Below, piece after piece: positions 13,525-25,690 of a stretch of 64,000 nt of DNA. Numbering within the stretch: the first letter of the stretch is position 1; every line of letters begins with the position of its first letter. Source of the DNA: Vicugna vicugna (Eukaryota). Under the pieces are notes generated by a model that saw only the letters and a program-made list of their open reading frames with translations, did no database searches and was not told where the DNA came from. A program made the translations under genes and the position numbers. The stretch is taken from NCBI GenBank assembly GCA_013265495.1, contig MU057711.1, positions 1,426,001 to 1,490,000 of the forward strand, written 5' to 3'.

Positions 13525-13730
13525 TGGCATGAGGATGCTGGATGCTGCCCCTCCCTTATAGCTGAGTGGTCTTGGGCAGTAACACCCTTGGATCATCAGA
13601 AGAATGGGGAAAACAGATCCTACCCCTGCCCACATATTCGCTGGGCTGTTAAGAGGATTGGCTGAGATACTATGTATGAGAATGTTTTGGAGGTCATTTC
13701 CAAGGGCTCTACATTTTTAATGAATTATTG
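13525..13730 (+). mobile_element. MIR SINE
   Basis: agctgagtggtcttgggcagt...gggctgttaagaggattggctgagatactatgtatgagaatg. Confidence 0.65.
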
Positions 13731-14154
13731 TTCTAATACCTCTTGTGTGAATTAATTGATAGGGTTAGCAAGACCTTCAGGAGCTAAGATATAGGACTGG
13801 GAAATGTTAACAGTGGAGGATGAGAGAGTGATTTGAGGAGAGTGGGAGAGAGAGGCTAGATCTATACCTAGTATGCTTAACTAGGGAAGAGAGGTTCACA
13901 ATTAGACTCTAGTCTTAAAATTGTAAAAAAAAAAAACTGTATGTAAATGTAGAGATAAGCTTTTTTTTCTGAGGTATGGAGGCTCAGGTTTCATCAGATT
14001 TTCAAAGAGGTCTATTATCCACAATGTTGAAGAGTCATTGTCTTTGATAGAGGTGCACCATCAGGTACTGTGTGATGCACGTTTTGAAAGACCATAACTC
14101 ACTGAAAGGCATCAGAAAAATAAAAGCAAGTTTTTTTTAAAGGAAACACTTATT

Positions 14155-14738
14155 TTAAATTTTTCCGGTTTTATTGAGATATAATTAACACACAGCAATG
14201 TACAAATTTAAGGTATACAGAGTAATGATTTGACTGACATACATCATAAAATGAGCACAATAATAAGTTTAGTGAACATCCATCATCTCAAACAGATAAA
14301 AAGTTAAAGAAATTAAAAAAATTTTTTCTTTGTGACGAGACCTCTTAGGGTTTATTCTCTTAACTTTCAAATATAACATACAGCCGTGTTAATGATATTT
14401 ATCATGTTGTACATTACATCCCTAGTACTTAATTAATCTTAAAACTGGAAGTTTGTACCTTTTGACCACCTTCATCCAGTTTACCCGCCTCCTCATCCCT
14501 TGCCTCTGGTAACCACAAATCTAATCTCTTTTTCTATGTTTGTTTGTTTTTGAAGTATCATTGACCTGCAACGTAATGTTAGTTCCTGTTATACAATGCA
14601 GTGATTCAGTATTTCTATATACTTCAAAATAATCACCATGATAAGTTTACTGTTATGATTTGTAACTATACAAAGATATTACATAATTATTGACTATATT
14701 CCCCACACTGTACATTTTATACCCATGACTCATTTATT
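14155..14738 (-). mobile_element. LINE-1 3'UTR fragment (same subfamily as 9397-9870)
   Basis: ttttattgagatataattaacacacagc...ggaagtttgtaccttttgaccaccttcatcc...tgactatattccccacactgtacattt. Confidence 0.88.
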
Positions 14739-14874
14739 AGCAAAAGTGACTTTCAAGCTGGAATGAGGTGGGGAAGGGAGGCCAGAAGGATGCTCCAATC
14801 AAACTGCCTCCATCATTATTTTGCCTGGACCACAGCCAACACCTCAGTAACAATCAACATGATATTTTATTCCT

Positions 14875-15355
14875 GGATCAATTAACTTCTGGTGCATAAC
14901 AAATCACCCCAATTCTTAATAGCATAAAACAATAAGCATTTATTTAATGTATAATTGCTGACTTATAGAAGTCAGCAATTTGGATCAGACTGAGCTAAGT
15001 GATTCCTCTGGTCTCAGCTGGACTCACTCCTGAATCTGCAGTTAGCTGCCAAGTTGTCTGGGGACTGGCTGATCGAGGCGGGTCTCAGGTGGGTTTATCA
15101 CTTGTTCACTGGGCAGCTGGGCAGGAATGCAAGAGAGAGAGAGGAAGCATCTTGGGGCCTTGATTCAGAACTGGCTCCCATGACTTCCACTGCACTGTGT
15201 AAGCCAAAGCAAGCCACACAACCGTCCCATACTCAAAGGAAGGATTCCACCTCTTGATGGGATGACATATAAAAGGATCTTGCAAAGAACATGCCAAGAA
15301 CATGGATGTAAGGAAGAGTGGCATATGGTCGCCATGTTTTGCAATGAACCACCAC
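14875..15355 (-). mobile_element. MaLR MLT1F/G/H-like solo LTR
   Basis: gcataacaaatcaccccaa...taaaacaataagcatttatt...gattccacctcttgatggga...gccatgttttgcaatgaaccacca. Confidence 0.85.
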
Positions 15356-15409
15356 TCCCAACGCCATGCTTAATTCATCAGCCAATTTTGGTCCCTTTTA
15401 TTAACAGGA

Positions 15410-15590
15410 GTTCTGTTATTTTTAATCTCATACCAGCTACTTTGATAAAAAGAGAAAACCTCAGGTAGAGATTATATACATCATCAGGAGCCCAGAGAGT
15501 CAGTGACTTATCCAAGGTCACAGAGCAAGTGGGCAGAACCGCCAGGTCTAGCACTCCCTTCTCTCAGTTCTGTTCTATTTGCAGCTACTT
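15410..15590 (-). mobile_element. MIR SINE
   Basis: cccagagagtcagtgacttatccaaggtcacagagcaagt. Confidence 0.75.
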
Positions 15591-15949
15591 CACACCATCC
15601 CTCATTTGGTTACAGACTGTCCTGATGCTTCGGGACTCCTACAAGCAAGAATCTACATCAGTGCTTCTCCAAGTGTTTGCGATGAAGGATCAGTCTTTGT
15701 TGCTGCTTTTTGTTGGCTTTATTTCTGACACATCATAGACTAATCCTAGTATGAAGCTCATGCCAAGTACAACTCATCATGTGAACTTGACATCACTCAA
15801 GCTGCTTTATAAGCCACTGAATGAAGCGAGGTCCCTGATCGCCCTCTCGGTTGTCATGCAATGTCAGATGGCTATAAAAGTTTCTAAACACTTACTCTCA
15901 CTTTCTGCAATTACCTCACTGCAGATTGGTAACAAGAATTTGGCAGAGT

Positions 15950-16150
15950 GATACCACACTTTGAGTAGCATCTCTCTGCATCCATTGCCTCATTCCATCT
16001 TCATTGTATCCCGAGGAGGTAGGAAAACTGGGGCTGGATGGCCCATTTGACTCAGACAAGGGAACTGAGGCATAGAAAAGCAAAGGGCTTGTTGGAGATC
16101 ACCCAGGGCTCTGGATACCCTGTCCAGTGCTTGTCTCACCCTGCACCACA
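15950..16150 (-). mobile_element. MIR SINE
   Basis: cccattt...agacaagggaactgaggcatagaaaagcaaagggcttg...atcacccag. Confidence 0.7.
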
Positions 16151-17039
16151 TCACTCTGCCTCCCTAAACTGCATTTTAAAACAAACGAACCTGCTTAGTT
16201 AAAGAAATCAGCTTTTTCTCCACATCCCAAATCTAAAACTTACCCTGAATTACTGAGGCTGATACATTTGGGGATTTATGCATTATTTACATAATCAGAT
16301 GCACCTCCCCCACACACACCCCTGCCCATGCTCAGGGAAACTAATTCAAATTGCAGTTACCCAATATTTCACGTTTAAACATTTACTGGGCTCTTCATCA
16401 CTCCCTTAAGCGTGTGTAGATCCTAAGGTGATGATGAGGAGGTTTCTCCCTGGTGCTTTACAAAGGAAAGTTGCCGAGACAGCAGAACCACGGGCCCCAT
16501 TACCATGGAGAGTAATTCTCCTCGGACTGACATGGGCAAGTTCAGAAAACAGAAAGTGTGGGAGGGCAGCAGGCCTGTGACTTATAGATGTCTCGGGCCC
16601 ATTTCTGCCATCCTGGCGTGTCGAATAGATGGGACACAGAGCACTCACCAACACCATGAGTCCTCCAGGTGGCTCAGGAAGAGCACCTGCTCATGCCTCA
16701 CCCTTCCTTTTCCACACTTTAATCAAGGAGAGGAAGCCTTCAGGGTTGAGATCCTCCCCAGCTGTGGTGCTGGGTCCTACAAACTGCAAGACTCTGGTCT
16801 TAGAAGAGGATAGCTTCCTGGAGTTCTCTTTGGGGAACTGGGCCCTGTGGTCCTGAGAGGAGCATTTCACCTTGACTTAGCAGACCTTAGGATCTTGTGC
16901 AAGCATCAAATGGGATGCAGGGGCCCCGGCATCTGGTACCTCATTGGGCAAGCTTCAGGAGTTTCAGTGTGACATCAAGGAATTGAAGATATAAGCAGAT
17001 CGCTTGGATCTGATAGTTCAACAAAGGAGCCTGGACCCT

Positions 17040-17280
17040 TGGGGTCCTAGAATTCCAGGTGATGGGGGAGGGTTTTTCAAGCATCATTCATCCAGAACTT
17101 ACTAGCTGTGCTCTGTATCCTCATTTTTTTATACACACACACACACACACACACACACCCCACAGGCACATATACATAATATATGTATATTTCTAGTAAA
17201 AATGTATATATATATTTCTTTTGAACAAAAGATTCAATAGCTTAAAAAAAAAAACCCTAAAAGCAAAAGGAAACCACTGA
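17040..17280 (-). mobile_element. MER103C-like hAT-Charlie element containing an (AC)n expansion
   Basis: Ends tttcttttgaacaaaagattcaatagcttaaaaaaa...gaaaccactg; agctgtgctctgtatc core. Confidence 0.45.
17133..17158. repeat. (AC)13 microsatellite
   Basis: Read directly from the sequence. Confidence 0.97.
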
Positions 17281-17519
17281 GTTAGCCCCACCCCCTCATT
17301 TCTAAATGGAGAAATTGAGATCCAAAGTGGAGTGTGACATGTGAGGCCATCCAGCTAACAGACAGAAGCAGAATCAGTAGTTTTTCCTTCAGGCCAGGGC
17401 TCTGTCCACCACGCTCTCCTGCCACTCCAGTTTCTCTCTACATCCGAAGCCTTTCCTGGACTCATTTGGAAAGTGCATCTGTTTAAACTGACAGAGATCT
17501 CCTAACACTTGGGGGAGCC

Positions 17520-18295
17520 CTCATTTTTGCCTCAAGGTCTCACACATTCCTTCTGCCAAGAATGCTCTTCCTGCAGATCTCCGGTGACTGGCACCCTCGT
17601 GGCACTGAGATCTTCTTGATCTAATGTCACTTTAGAGAGGTTTTTCCTATCTTCCCCTTACAAAGTGGCTTCTCTCCCATTCCACAGTATGCACTAGGTA
17701 CTTTGTTCCACATCTTCACATTTTGTTTTCCTAAAGGCTTTTATAGCAACTAAACTTGTTTGTTGATTCATTAGTTTGGTTAATGTCTGCCTCTCCTAAC
17801 AGAATGCAAAGTCTTGAGATTAGGGATTTTGTCTCAACTACTATTTTTTTTATTGAAGTATAGTTAGTTTACAATGTGTTAATTTCTGGTGTACAGCACA
17901 GTGATTCATTTACATATATATATATACACATATGTGTATATGTATTTCTTTTCATATTCTTTTTCATTAGAGGCCATTACAAGGTATTGAATGTAGTTCT
18001 CTGTGCTATAAGTAACACTTTGTTTATCTATTTTATTATAGTAGTTAGTATCTGCAAATCCTGAACTCTGAGTTTATCCCTCTGCCCTCCCCTTTCCTCC
18101 CTGGTACCCATAAGTTTGATTTCTATGTCTGTGAGTCTGTTTCTGTTTTGTAAATAAGTTCATCTGTGTCTTTTTTCTTTTTTTTAGATTCCACATATAA
18201 GTGATGTCATTTGGCAACTACTATTTTATCCTCAGGTCCTAGCACACTGCCTGTCACATCGTAGGCACTAAATTAATCTTTGAATGAATGAGTCT
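17520..18295 (+). mobile_element. L2 LINE 3' end, interrupted by an L1 at 17848-18214
   Basis: gttaatgtctgcctctcctaacagaatgcaaag before the L1, and cctagcacactgcctgtcacatcgtaggcact...tgaatgaatga after it. Confidence 0.85.
17848..18214 (-). mobile_element. Young 5'-truncated cetartiodactyl-type L1 with perfect 13-bp TSD
   Basis: TSD caactactatttt at 17835-17847 and 18215-18227; body ttattgaagtatagttagtttacaatg...ttagattccacatataagtgat. Confidence 0.95.
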
Positions 18296-19124
18296 ATCTT
18301 TATTTTGTATACCAAGGCACAAGACCTTCAGAGTAATAGCAATTTGCTCCAGTGTTCAGTGGTATTTGTCACCACAAATTGCCTCTGATCACACTCGTCA
18401 CATGCATTTATGAAGGCATCTACATGAATCCTTCATCTCTAAGATGCTCACAGCTGAACTCTCTGGAAACATCTCATCTGACATCATGGCCATAGAAAAA
18501 GCATCAAGACCCACTTGGCCTTGGTTTCCTGGGTAACCAAGGTTGTGTGCTTAGATACACATGACCAAGCAGGACCCTCCCAGGGGACATGGGCATTGAC
18601 GACTCAGACACTGGTGCATGATTTTTACTCCCTCAAGTAGCCATTGCCTGAGGCTGACAACCAGTTCAGTGGCTTCATCACTGGAGCCAGAGCTAAACTC
18701 TCAGTGGACAAGGTGCGCAGCTCCAATACCAAATTTTACATCCAAGCTCAAAGAATGCTCAAGCTCCAGTCTGCACAAGACATAACAGTACATTAATTTA
18801 TATTTTGTTGTATACTTGAAATTGAGGTCAGATGAGAATTAAATGACATGTTCTATGCATGGACACCAAGTCATGCCTAATGCGTTAGTCTAAATACATT
18901 TCCTTCCATTTTGCTTTTCTTTGTAGTTGAGAGGGTGGAGAAGGCTCTGAACACAATTCTCTCTACTTCACCCTGTCAGACTAATAACTTATGCCACCAA
19001 AGTCTCAGGACAATATCCTAGACAATACAGAACTTTGTGAGAATTAAAGTTGTGCACTAGTGGTTCACAGCAGCAAGAATGCATAATAGGTGTGTTATGA
19101 TGGGCTGACATGTTTTTTTCCCTT

Positions 19125-19222
19125 AATTAATTAGTAGCTGCTATTTAAAAATCAGGAGTTTATCATAGAAATCCAGATTTCCAGGTTCTATATAAGAATT
19201 GGAAGATCTGGCAGCATCAAGT
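19125..19222 (+). mobile_element. MER102-like fragment, truncated at the LTR16 boundary
   Basis: atttaaaaatcaggagttt...aaatccagatttccagg...ggaagatctggcagca. Confidence 0.6.
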
Positions 19223-19223
19223 C

Positions 19224-19722
19224 TGTTTTATAGCTTGGTTTCCCCAGAAAGCAGGCACTGAGACAGAGGTTGAGTATAGGTAGTTTTTGTGGGAAATTGA
19301 CTCCAGAAATCAATAGTAAGGGAGCAGGAAGATGAAACAGATAAGAAGGAAAAGCTGACAAAAGAGTAATTCATGGTGGAAGCAACAGAGGCTTGATTGC
19401 ACTGGAATTTCTGGGATGTAGGCAGAAAGCTTTCCAAAAAGACCAGAGGTTATGACATCTATGCACAGTGACCCTCTCCCCTGGAGATATTAACTTCCTT
19501 ACACTTCTGCACACTTTTACAGACCAAGCCATGCTTCTTTGTAAACTGATTTGGACTCCCATGACTGGAGAAGACTGTACCTATAAAGAGAAAGGCATGT
19601 AGGACAAGTCTAAGGTGAGATGCTGTCCTTGGTAAGTGAATCAGAATTGTCCACCAGAGTTGCAACTGAAATCAGAAGCAGAACATGGAGATATGACAGA
19701 GTACCAAAAAGTATATACTGCA
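19224..19722 (-). mobile_element. ERVL LTR16-family 3' LTR
   Basis: TG...CA termini; ggtttccccagaaagcaggcactgagacagagg...gtagtttttgtgggaaattgactccag matches antisense LTR16; polypurine tract (antisense gtccaccccttt) abuts it at 19723-19734. Confidence 0.85.
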
Positions 19723-21040
19723 GTCCACCCCTTTGACCTATTAGAAGTATTAGCTACAAACTCTAATTTCTCCTAGTACACGGTATTTCTTCTAATATGT
19801 ATCTTGGCTGCAAGATGGAGTGTTTTGTTTCCACTTGGCCTTTTCTGTCTTAGTGGTTCTTGTCCTACAGGTCAGGGACTGATGTGAAAATTATGCCAAA
19901 AGTTGAGTATATCCATCCCACTTATATACTCCAGAACTGGGTAGATCCATTGCCTCCCTGGATCCACTGTAAGATGAACTTCGGTCAGGGTTTCACTTAT
20001 TATCAGTTCTAAGCATGTACTCTAACCAAGGGGCCACGATGTTGTTTTGTTTCCCCTAGCATCACTGTGATCTCTGACTTAGTATGCAATAGCCCTAGTA
20101 AATTCTGGGTATTCCTCTTTTTCTCTGTTTAGACTCAATCTCATAAATTGCTACCAGTTCGTTAGGGAAGGATTAAGAAAATATTTATTGAATAAGTAAG
20201 TAAAATATTATTGTGGTGGCATGTCAGGGTCTTTCTTCAAGACAAACCAGACTCCCTTCAACCAATAGACCCTGAAGCTAAAAACTGATTCATGTCTAGA
20301 AATTGATTGAGGAGCTGCAATTTTCCATTGCTGTGGTGGATACTGCCCTCTGCTCATCAATTCTTAATTACTTCCCATTACACAAGTCAAGCAATACCCT
20401 GTTCAGCCTCTTGACTACCTCACCCCTAAGGATGTCACCATCTATTAACCATTCTGACAGATTCCTGTGAGTCAAAGAACTCTGGTTGCCATCCTAGCTT
20501 TGCTGCCAACTGTGACCACTTTGCTCTGATATAAAGTGCTACCAGCTGGCTTCTGAAATTCTGGAGCCCCGTTCCACCACAGTAGGTCCTGCAGTTGATC
20601 CTGTCTTTCAGCAGTCAACCACCACTGGACTTTTCAGTCATGCTGGTGCTTCCTCAGTAGTATACGCCTAGTTGTCTAGTGAAGGGTATGGCTTCTGAGC
20701 CCTCCTAGGGAAACAGTTAGGTAGAGGGTACTCAGTGGTACCCCATTCCAGCATTTTTACTTCCCTAAGCTTTGCTACTCATTTCACAATACTCTGCCAT
20801 ACTCAGTTCGTTTATCATACTCCATCATCATTCCCAAGCTTCAAGGAATTATTCCAGAAGCTTGATAGACCAGCTCCACCTGCCCTTACTAGAATGTTAA
20901 GTTCTAAGTCATAGGATAGTACTCCCATATCAACAGATTTGCCCTCGTTCAGCTTTGCATTCTGTCCCACATGGTCCAACTCCTCACAATCGTCTTTCAC
21001 ATGTTTCCCAGGCTCCTGACAGTACATATTAGCCAAGTCC
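19723..21040 (-). mobile_element. ERVL (ERV3-16A3/HERV16-like) internal remnant: degenerate gag and protease
   Basis: ORF 20815-21036 (ANMYCQEPGKHV...DMGVLSYD) resembles ERVL Gag. Manual translation of ~20116-19903 gives RNTQNLLGLLHTKSEITVMLGETKQHRGPLVRVHA* and, after a frameshift, VHLTVDP...YPVLEYISGMDIL, matching ERVL protease (LLDTGSE motif decayed). Confidence 0.88.
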
Positions 21041-21896
21041 TAAAATCTTTTTGTTAGTAAGCTTTTTATTCTTTAAAAAGGGATTTTATTTCACCTTACC
21101 TATGTTGGGACTTGTTATTGGTCTAATTATTGGTAGGGAAGCAATGAGGGGAGGCGGGAGTAGATCTTTTGGAAAACATCATTATTTTGAGAAACAACCA
21201 CCCCAGGAAAGGTCCCCTGGAGAGAGAAGGCTTTCCTCTAAGAAGAGAAAGCAGGCTATGTCTATTGCCCAAGAGAATTCAGGGAAATCCAGGAGTTCAG
21301 GTTTTACAGATGCATCTACCCAAATGTCCCAAGTCCACATTTCAGGGCCCTAATCTTTCCTTAACATGGTCCTGACTTTAGTATAGGAGATCTGTTAAAG
21401 CTGTGCATTCCATCTCCAGCCATAAGAGAGTAAGAATCACTTTAAAACTTCCATGGAGAATTTCTATGTTTTACAATATAAAGGTGACTTATCAAGATTT
21501 TTGCTAAAGGTAACAAGTGTTCGATTTCCTTCCAACTTCTGAAAAACACGGAATGTCTCCTAAAATTATCCACCAGAAAGATGAGAGGCTGGAGCATTTG
21601 TCCACAAGCTCTCACCCTACATTGGTTGAGTGTTGGTCCCTTGGGATGTAACTTGCCCACTTCGTTTTGGGGCTTCACTTGTATGCAACCAGTACACTCC
21701 AAAACATTAGTCGAGATCTCGAGGCAGAAAGATAGGATGTTGTCATCCCAAGGGGACTAAGAGCTCACATGGATCTGTCTCCCTATAGCTGAAACAAGAA
21801 CTAGGCCATGAGGATGTGACATGGTATCTTCATCTACTTTTACAGGCATCTTCCAATGTCTAAATTTTCATGTGGCAATAGTTATTTGGATATAAG

Positions 21897-21950
21897 TGTT
21901 CTCTATATGTTCTCTGTGTGTCCTCTGTATATACTCTATGTGTACTCATA
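21897..21950. repeat. Degenerate 10-bp tandem repeat (tgttctctat-like, ~5 units)
   Basis: tgttctctatatgttctctgtgtgtcctctgtatatactctatgtgtactc, read directly. Confidence 0.7.
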
Positions 21951-22199
21951 TAATCTCCAAATTATCATAGTCTCCTGCCAGCTTCACTAATTTAGATAAA
22001 TTTACCTTGTCTCTGTAGATATTAGACTTTTTAACTCTGAATTAGAAGAGCCAGAGGACATAAAATTTGAAAAGAACAAAGAGATAACCTGAATGAATAA
22101 CTTTACTGTATGAGTGAGAGAACAGGTCCATCAAAATGTAATTGTCATGGGGGCATCAGAATTTAGATAGTCTAGTCTTGTTATTCTTCCTTATTTGCC

Positions 22200-23025
22200 T
22201 CTCTCTGCAACTCAAGCCCCTACTATTTTTCTTATGAGAGGTAGTAAATGACTCCATGAAGCCCATAACTGTTTCTGGAAACAAATCTATATTCTCCAGC
22301 CCTGACTGCTGGCTTGACTCAGAACAATTGCTCCCTAGTAACCTTCACTTTGATGTTGCAAAGCCACTTCAAACCCAAAGCTCTCCCAAAGTGAATAATC
22401 TTCTTCACAAAATCTACATCTCCTACTAAACTTCTGTTAATTCCATATTCTTCGTTTTCTCGTATCCTGTTGCTCATATCTATTTTGGGTTTGTTACTGG
22501 CTTTTATCATCTTTTGCTTTATCCACTGCAGTCATCTTATGACTGGTCTTCTTACATTTAGTCTCTCTTCCCTCTAATCCATCCTCTGTAACACTGCCAG
22601 AGTGATATTTATAAAATGCAAAATGGAAAAATCTACTACTCTTCTTAAAATCCAATGGCTCACTATCACACACAGCACAAAAATATTGAGCCCCTTCCTA
22701 TTCTCTTGCTGGATGCTGTGTTTACAGTAACTAACAACACAAAGATGTTTCCTTAGTCATGGAGCTTTAAACATCATGGAGCTTCAAAAAGCTTTATCCT
22801 CCTGATTGTGGTACACAAAGACATCCACATTCTGTTTCCTGCTCACTTCCCCCAAATCATTTTTTGAAATGTTTCCACCTCTGCAAATGATTCCAGTCAT
22901 ATCGACTTGCAATTCCCTGAAGAAACAAAACCTCATGGGGAGAGAGACTGTTGTGTTAGTCTTGCCAGCATGTAGCACAGTGACAGGCACTTACTAGGAA
23001 CTCAGTGAAGGTTCACTGAATGAAC
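22200..23025 (+). mobile_element. L2 LINE fragments ending in L2 tail
   Basis: ctctaatccatcctctgtaacactgccagagtgatatttataaaatgcaaa; tagcacagtgacaggcacttactaggaactcagtgaa. Confidence 0.7.
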
Positions 23026-23041
23026 AAACTGTAGACAGCCT

Positions 23042-23156
23042 CAGAGGTAAAACTAGGACAAGGCATGCAAAGCACCTAGGGTGCAAAATTTAAGGAGGCA
23101 TCCACTCTTGGAGTGTACCTAGATGTCTTGTTTGCCTCACCCTTATCTGGGCACTG
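23042..23156. mobile_element. MER96-like hAT-Tip100 MITE
   Basis: cacctagggtgcaaaatttaaggaggca...cttgtttgcctcaccctt with degenerate terminal inverted repeats. Confidence 0.7.
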
Positions 23157-24004
23157 GACCACTGTTAGGAGCCATACTGGAAGATTTTGTGCTAGATAGA
23201 AGACAAAGTCTTGCTGGAAGGAGGTTTTTTGTGAGCTGTCCAGGGTGCTAGATAGAGGATAAAGGCTTTTCTGGGCTGTCCAGGGTTCTGTTTAGAAATT
23301 GCACATCTCTGGTTTCCTTTGCCTGTGTGCAGCCCCAGTTTTCCATATATTTTCTGTTTGAGGATCAAAGTGGTGAAGGTACGTGGCACACCACAGGATC
23401 CAGGCTGCACTCCAAAATGCACCAAGAAGACTAGACAGAATATGCCTCTGCCATTTAGATTCTGAAAAACAGAAGCTGTGCATTCTCAGGTGCCCAGAGA
23501 AGCTTGAAAATACTCACCCCCAGCTCCGTGGGGCCATTATATAAAAAATTGCTCTCCAAATCATCTCTATCAATAACATACAGGAATTTTCAAATGGTTT
23601 TGGGATATCTTTCAATCCTGAGAGCTGACAGCTATAGAGTTAATTTGAGTCTATTCAATATACTTAGCCTCATTACTAAGTCAAAAACTCAGTAAACACC
23701 TGAATGTTTTCTACTCAGGTTTCCAAAAATTTGGAGAGACTAAAATTTTCCTACTGAATTCTACCCTGCCCAACACAACTTTTATCCAAATACAGATCTG
23801 AGTTAAAGGAAGGAGTATGGGTTTCTCTATGGCAGTATGCATTCAAACAGAGGTTTGATTTTTTAAATATTTTATGCAGCTTTTGAATATTTAGATAAAC
23901 GAAATAAATATGTGAAGTGGTGCATTAGCTTGGTTGATCTTTCAAACTGTCTCTTGAAATGTACACACAGACTCAGTTTGGTGGGACATTTCATATAGTA
24001 GGTA

Positions 24005-24180
24005 CACAGAATCCTAAAATGACAGACCTTGAAGATGGAACTCATCTAGTCTAACTTTTGCATTCAGCAAGTGAAGAAACTAAGATTAAGTCGCCAAAGT
24101 CATATAATGAGCTGGTGGCAGAGCTAGGATCAGGATTCAGATTTTCCAGCAGTGAAACAAATATGCTGTCCTCCATTACC
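24005..24180 (-). mobile_element. MIR (MIR3/MIRc-like)
   Basis: tcatctagtctaac...gtgaagaaactaag...ccaaagtcatataatgagctggtggcagagctagga. Confidence 0.7.
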
Positions 24181-24254
24181 ACATATGGAAATTCATCCTT
24201 CCCACAAGCCCTGGTCTCATGACATTGGAACTTTCAAGGAGAAAGAAAAGGGAA

Positions 24255-24530
24255 ATAAGATGATAATAAACAGTAGTAATTCTTACTGTGTTCCAGGAAC
24301 TGTGCTTCACACAGAGACTACGTGAGATAGATATTATTGTTGCTGTTGTTTTGTTGTTATGGCTGTCATAATCTCCATCATCACCCTTCTACAATGAGGC
24401 AATCAAGGCTTAAAGAGGTCAGGTAATCTACACAAGGTCACAGGGATAGTAAGGGACCGAAAAGGGATTTGAATTTTGATTGAGCTTCGAAACATTTACC
24501 GCCTCCACCAGCACGCTCTGCTGCCTACCT
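24255..24530 (-). mobile_element. MIR SINE
   Basis: aatgaggcaatcaaggcttaaagaggtcaggtaatctacacaaggtcacag...gggatttgaa. Confidence 0.8.
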
Positions 24531-24784
24531 GTTTTCTTCTTCAGCTTGCTTCCTTTGAAAACATGTTATGTTCATCTATGTGAAATGCACTAAATTTCTG
24601 ATGATGACAGGGTTTAACATTTCTAACCAGATGCAGCTGAGCAGATCAATGCATGAGATAAATCACAAAATAGAGAATGAACTTAATGGGCAAGTTATTT
24701 AGATGTCTTATTATCTATAATCACATAAGCTCAGTAGAATTCAAATGAATGGTACTCACATAGGCACACCTGGCTAAATAATGT

Positions 24785-25025
24785 CAGCTGTTATTATTGC
24801 TATTATTATTAACAAAAATAATAATAAGTGTCTATTATACACCAGCTAATTTATAGTCCTAACTTTACATAACCCTCAAAATGACCTTGCCATATAGATA
24901 CTAGTAGCACCATTTTATGGATGAAGAAAACTAGGCCCAGAGAATTTAGATCGCTTGTCCACCTTTTAATGTCATTTTGGCTGACTTTGATGTTTCCAGG
25001 ACTTGGTCTCCTCCAAATGACAAAC
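24785..25025 (-). mobile_element. MIR SINE
   Basis: ccattttatggatgaagaaaactaggcccagagaatttagatcgcttgtcc. Confidence 0.75.
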
Positions 25026-25149
25026 CACTTCTCAGTGGGGCTGCGTCCCACATTTTGCTAATCCTGCCAGGGCAGCAAGTGCCTGGCTTAGTTAGTTTTA
25101 TTTTTGTTCCAATGTATTTCAGTGATATTGTGATCGTTGCTCAGCAGAA

Positions 25150-25690
25150 CTGGATGGCTTACACATTGCCAAGCACATCCCTCATTATCCCACTGCTGAG
25201 CATGTGCTCCTGTTGCTCTCTTGTCCTGGAAAGCCCTTCCTCTCATCTCCAAATACTCAAATCTCTACAGTTAAGGCTCAAATGGCAACTCCTCTATGTT
25301 ATACTCCCTGACTTCAGCTCCAGAGAAGTAATCTCTACTTCCTCTTGACTCTCCCGGAATCTCATCTTAATGACTCATTACTTCATTCACTTCTTAATTT
25401 ACTCATTGAGCAAAGGAGGCTGTACTCCCAACCAGATACTGTAGTGAAAAATTGAGTTGTTTAAACAACCATGTCACTTATTAAAACATCTTAATGGCAT
25501 TCGTAACATTCTACTTTGTGTACTTATTCATAACCATCTTGCTTCCATCCTATTCCATGCTAAATACTTTGAGGGAAAAAATCATACCTCATTCATCTTC
25601 CTTTTACACCCTCAAATGCCTAGGAGAGTGCTTTATGTGTGGGAGATAAGGACAACAATAAAATGTTCAATAAATAATAAAAACAATTTT
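25150..25690 (+). mobile_element. L2 LINE fragments
   Basis: tcctggaaagcccttcc...aaggctcaaatggcaactcctct; aaatactttgagggaaaaaatcatacctcattcatct...ataaaatgttc. Confidence 0.6.

Noticed and set aside
20815..21036. Domesticated Gag-derived gene (Fv1-like)
   Set aside because: Only ~73 codons are open and they drift in and out of the Gag frame; the neighbouring protease has a stop, a frameshift and a destroyed catalytic motif.
23002..23019. 8-bp palindrome tcagtgaa-gg-ttcactga
   Set aside because: Short, inside a decayed L2 tail and within chance expectation for 64 kb.
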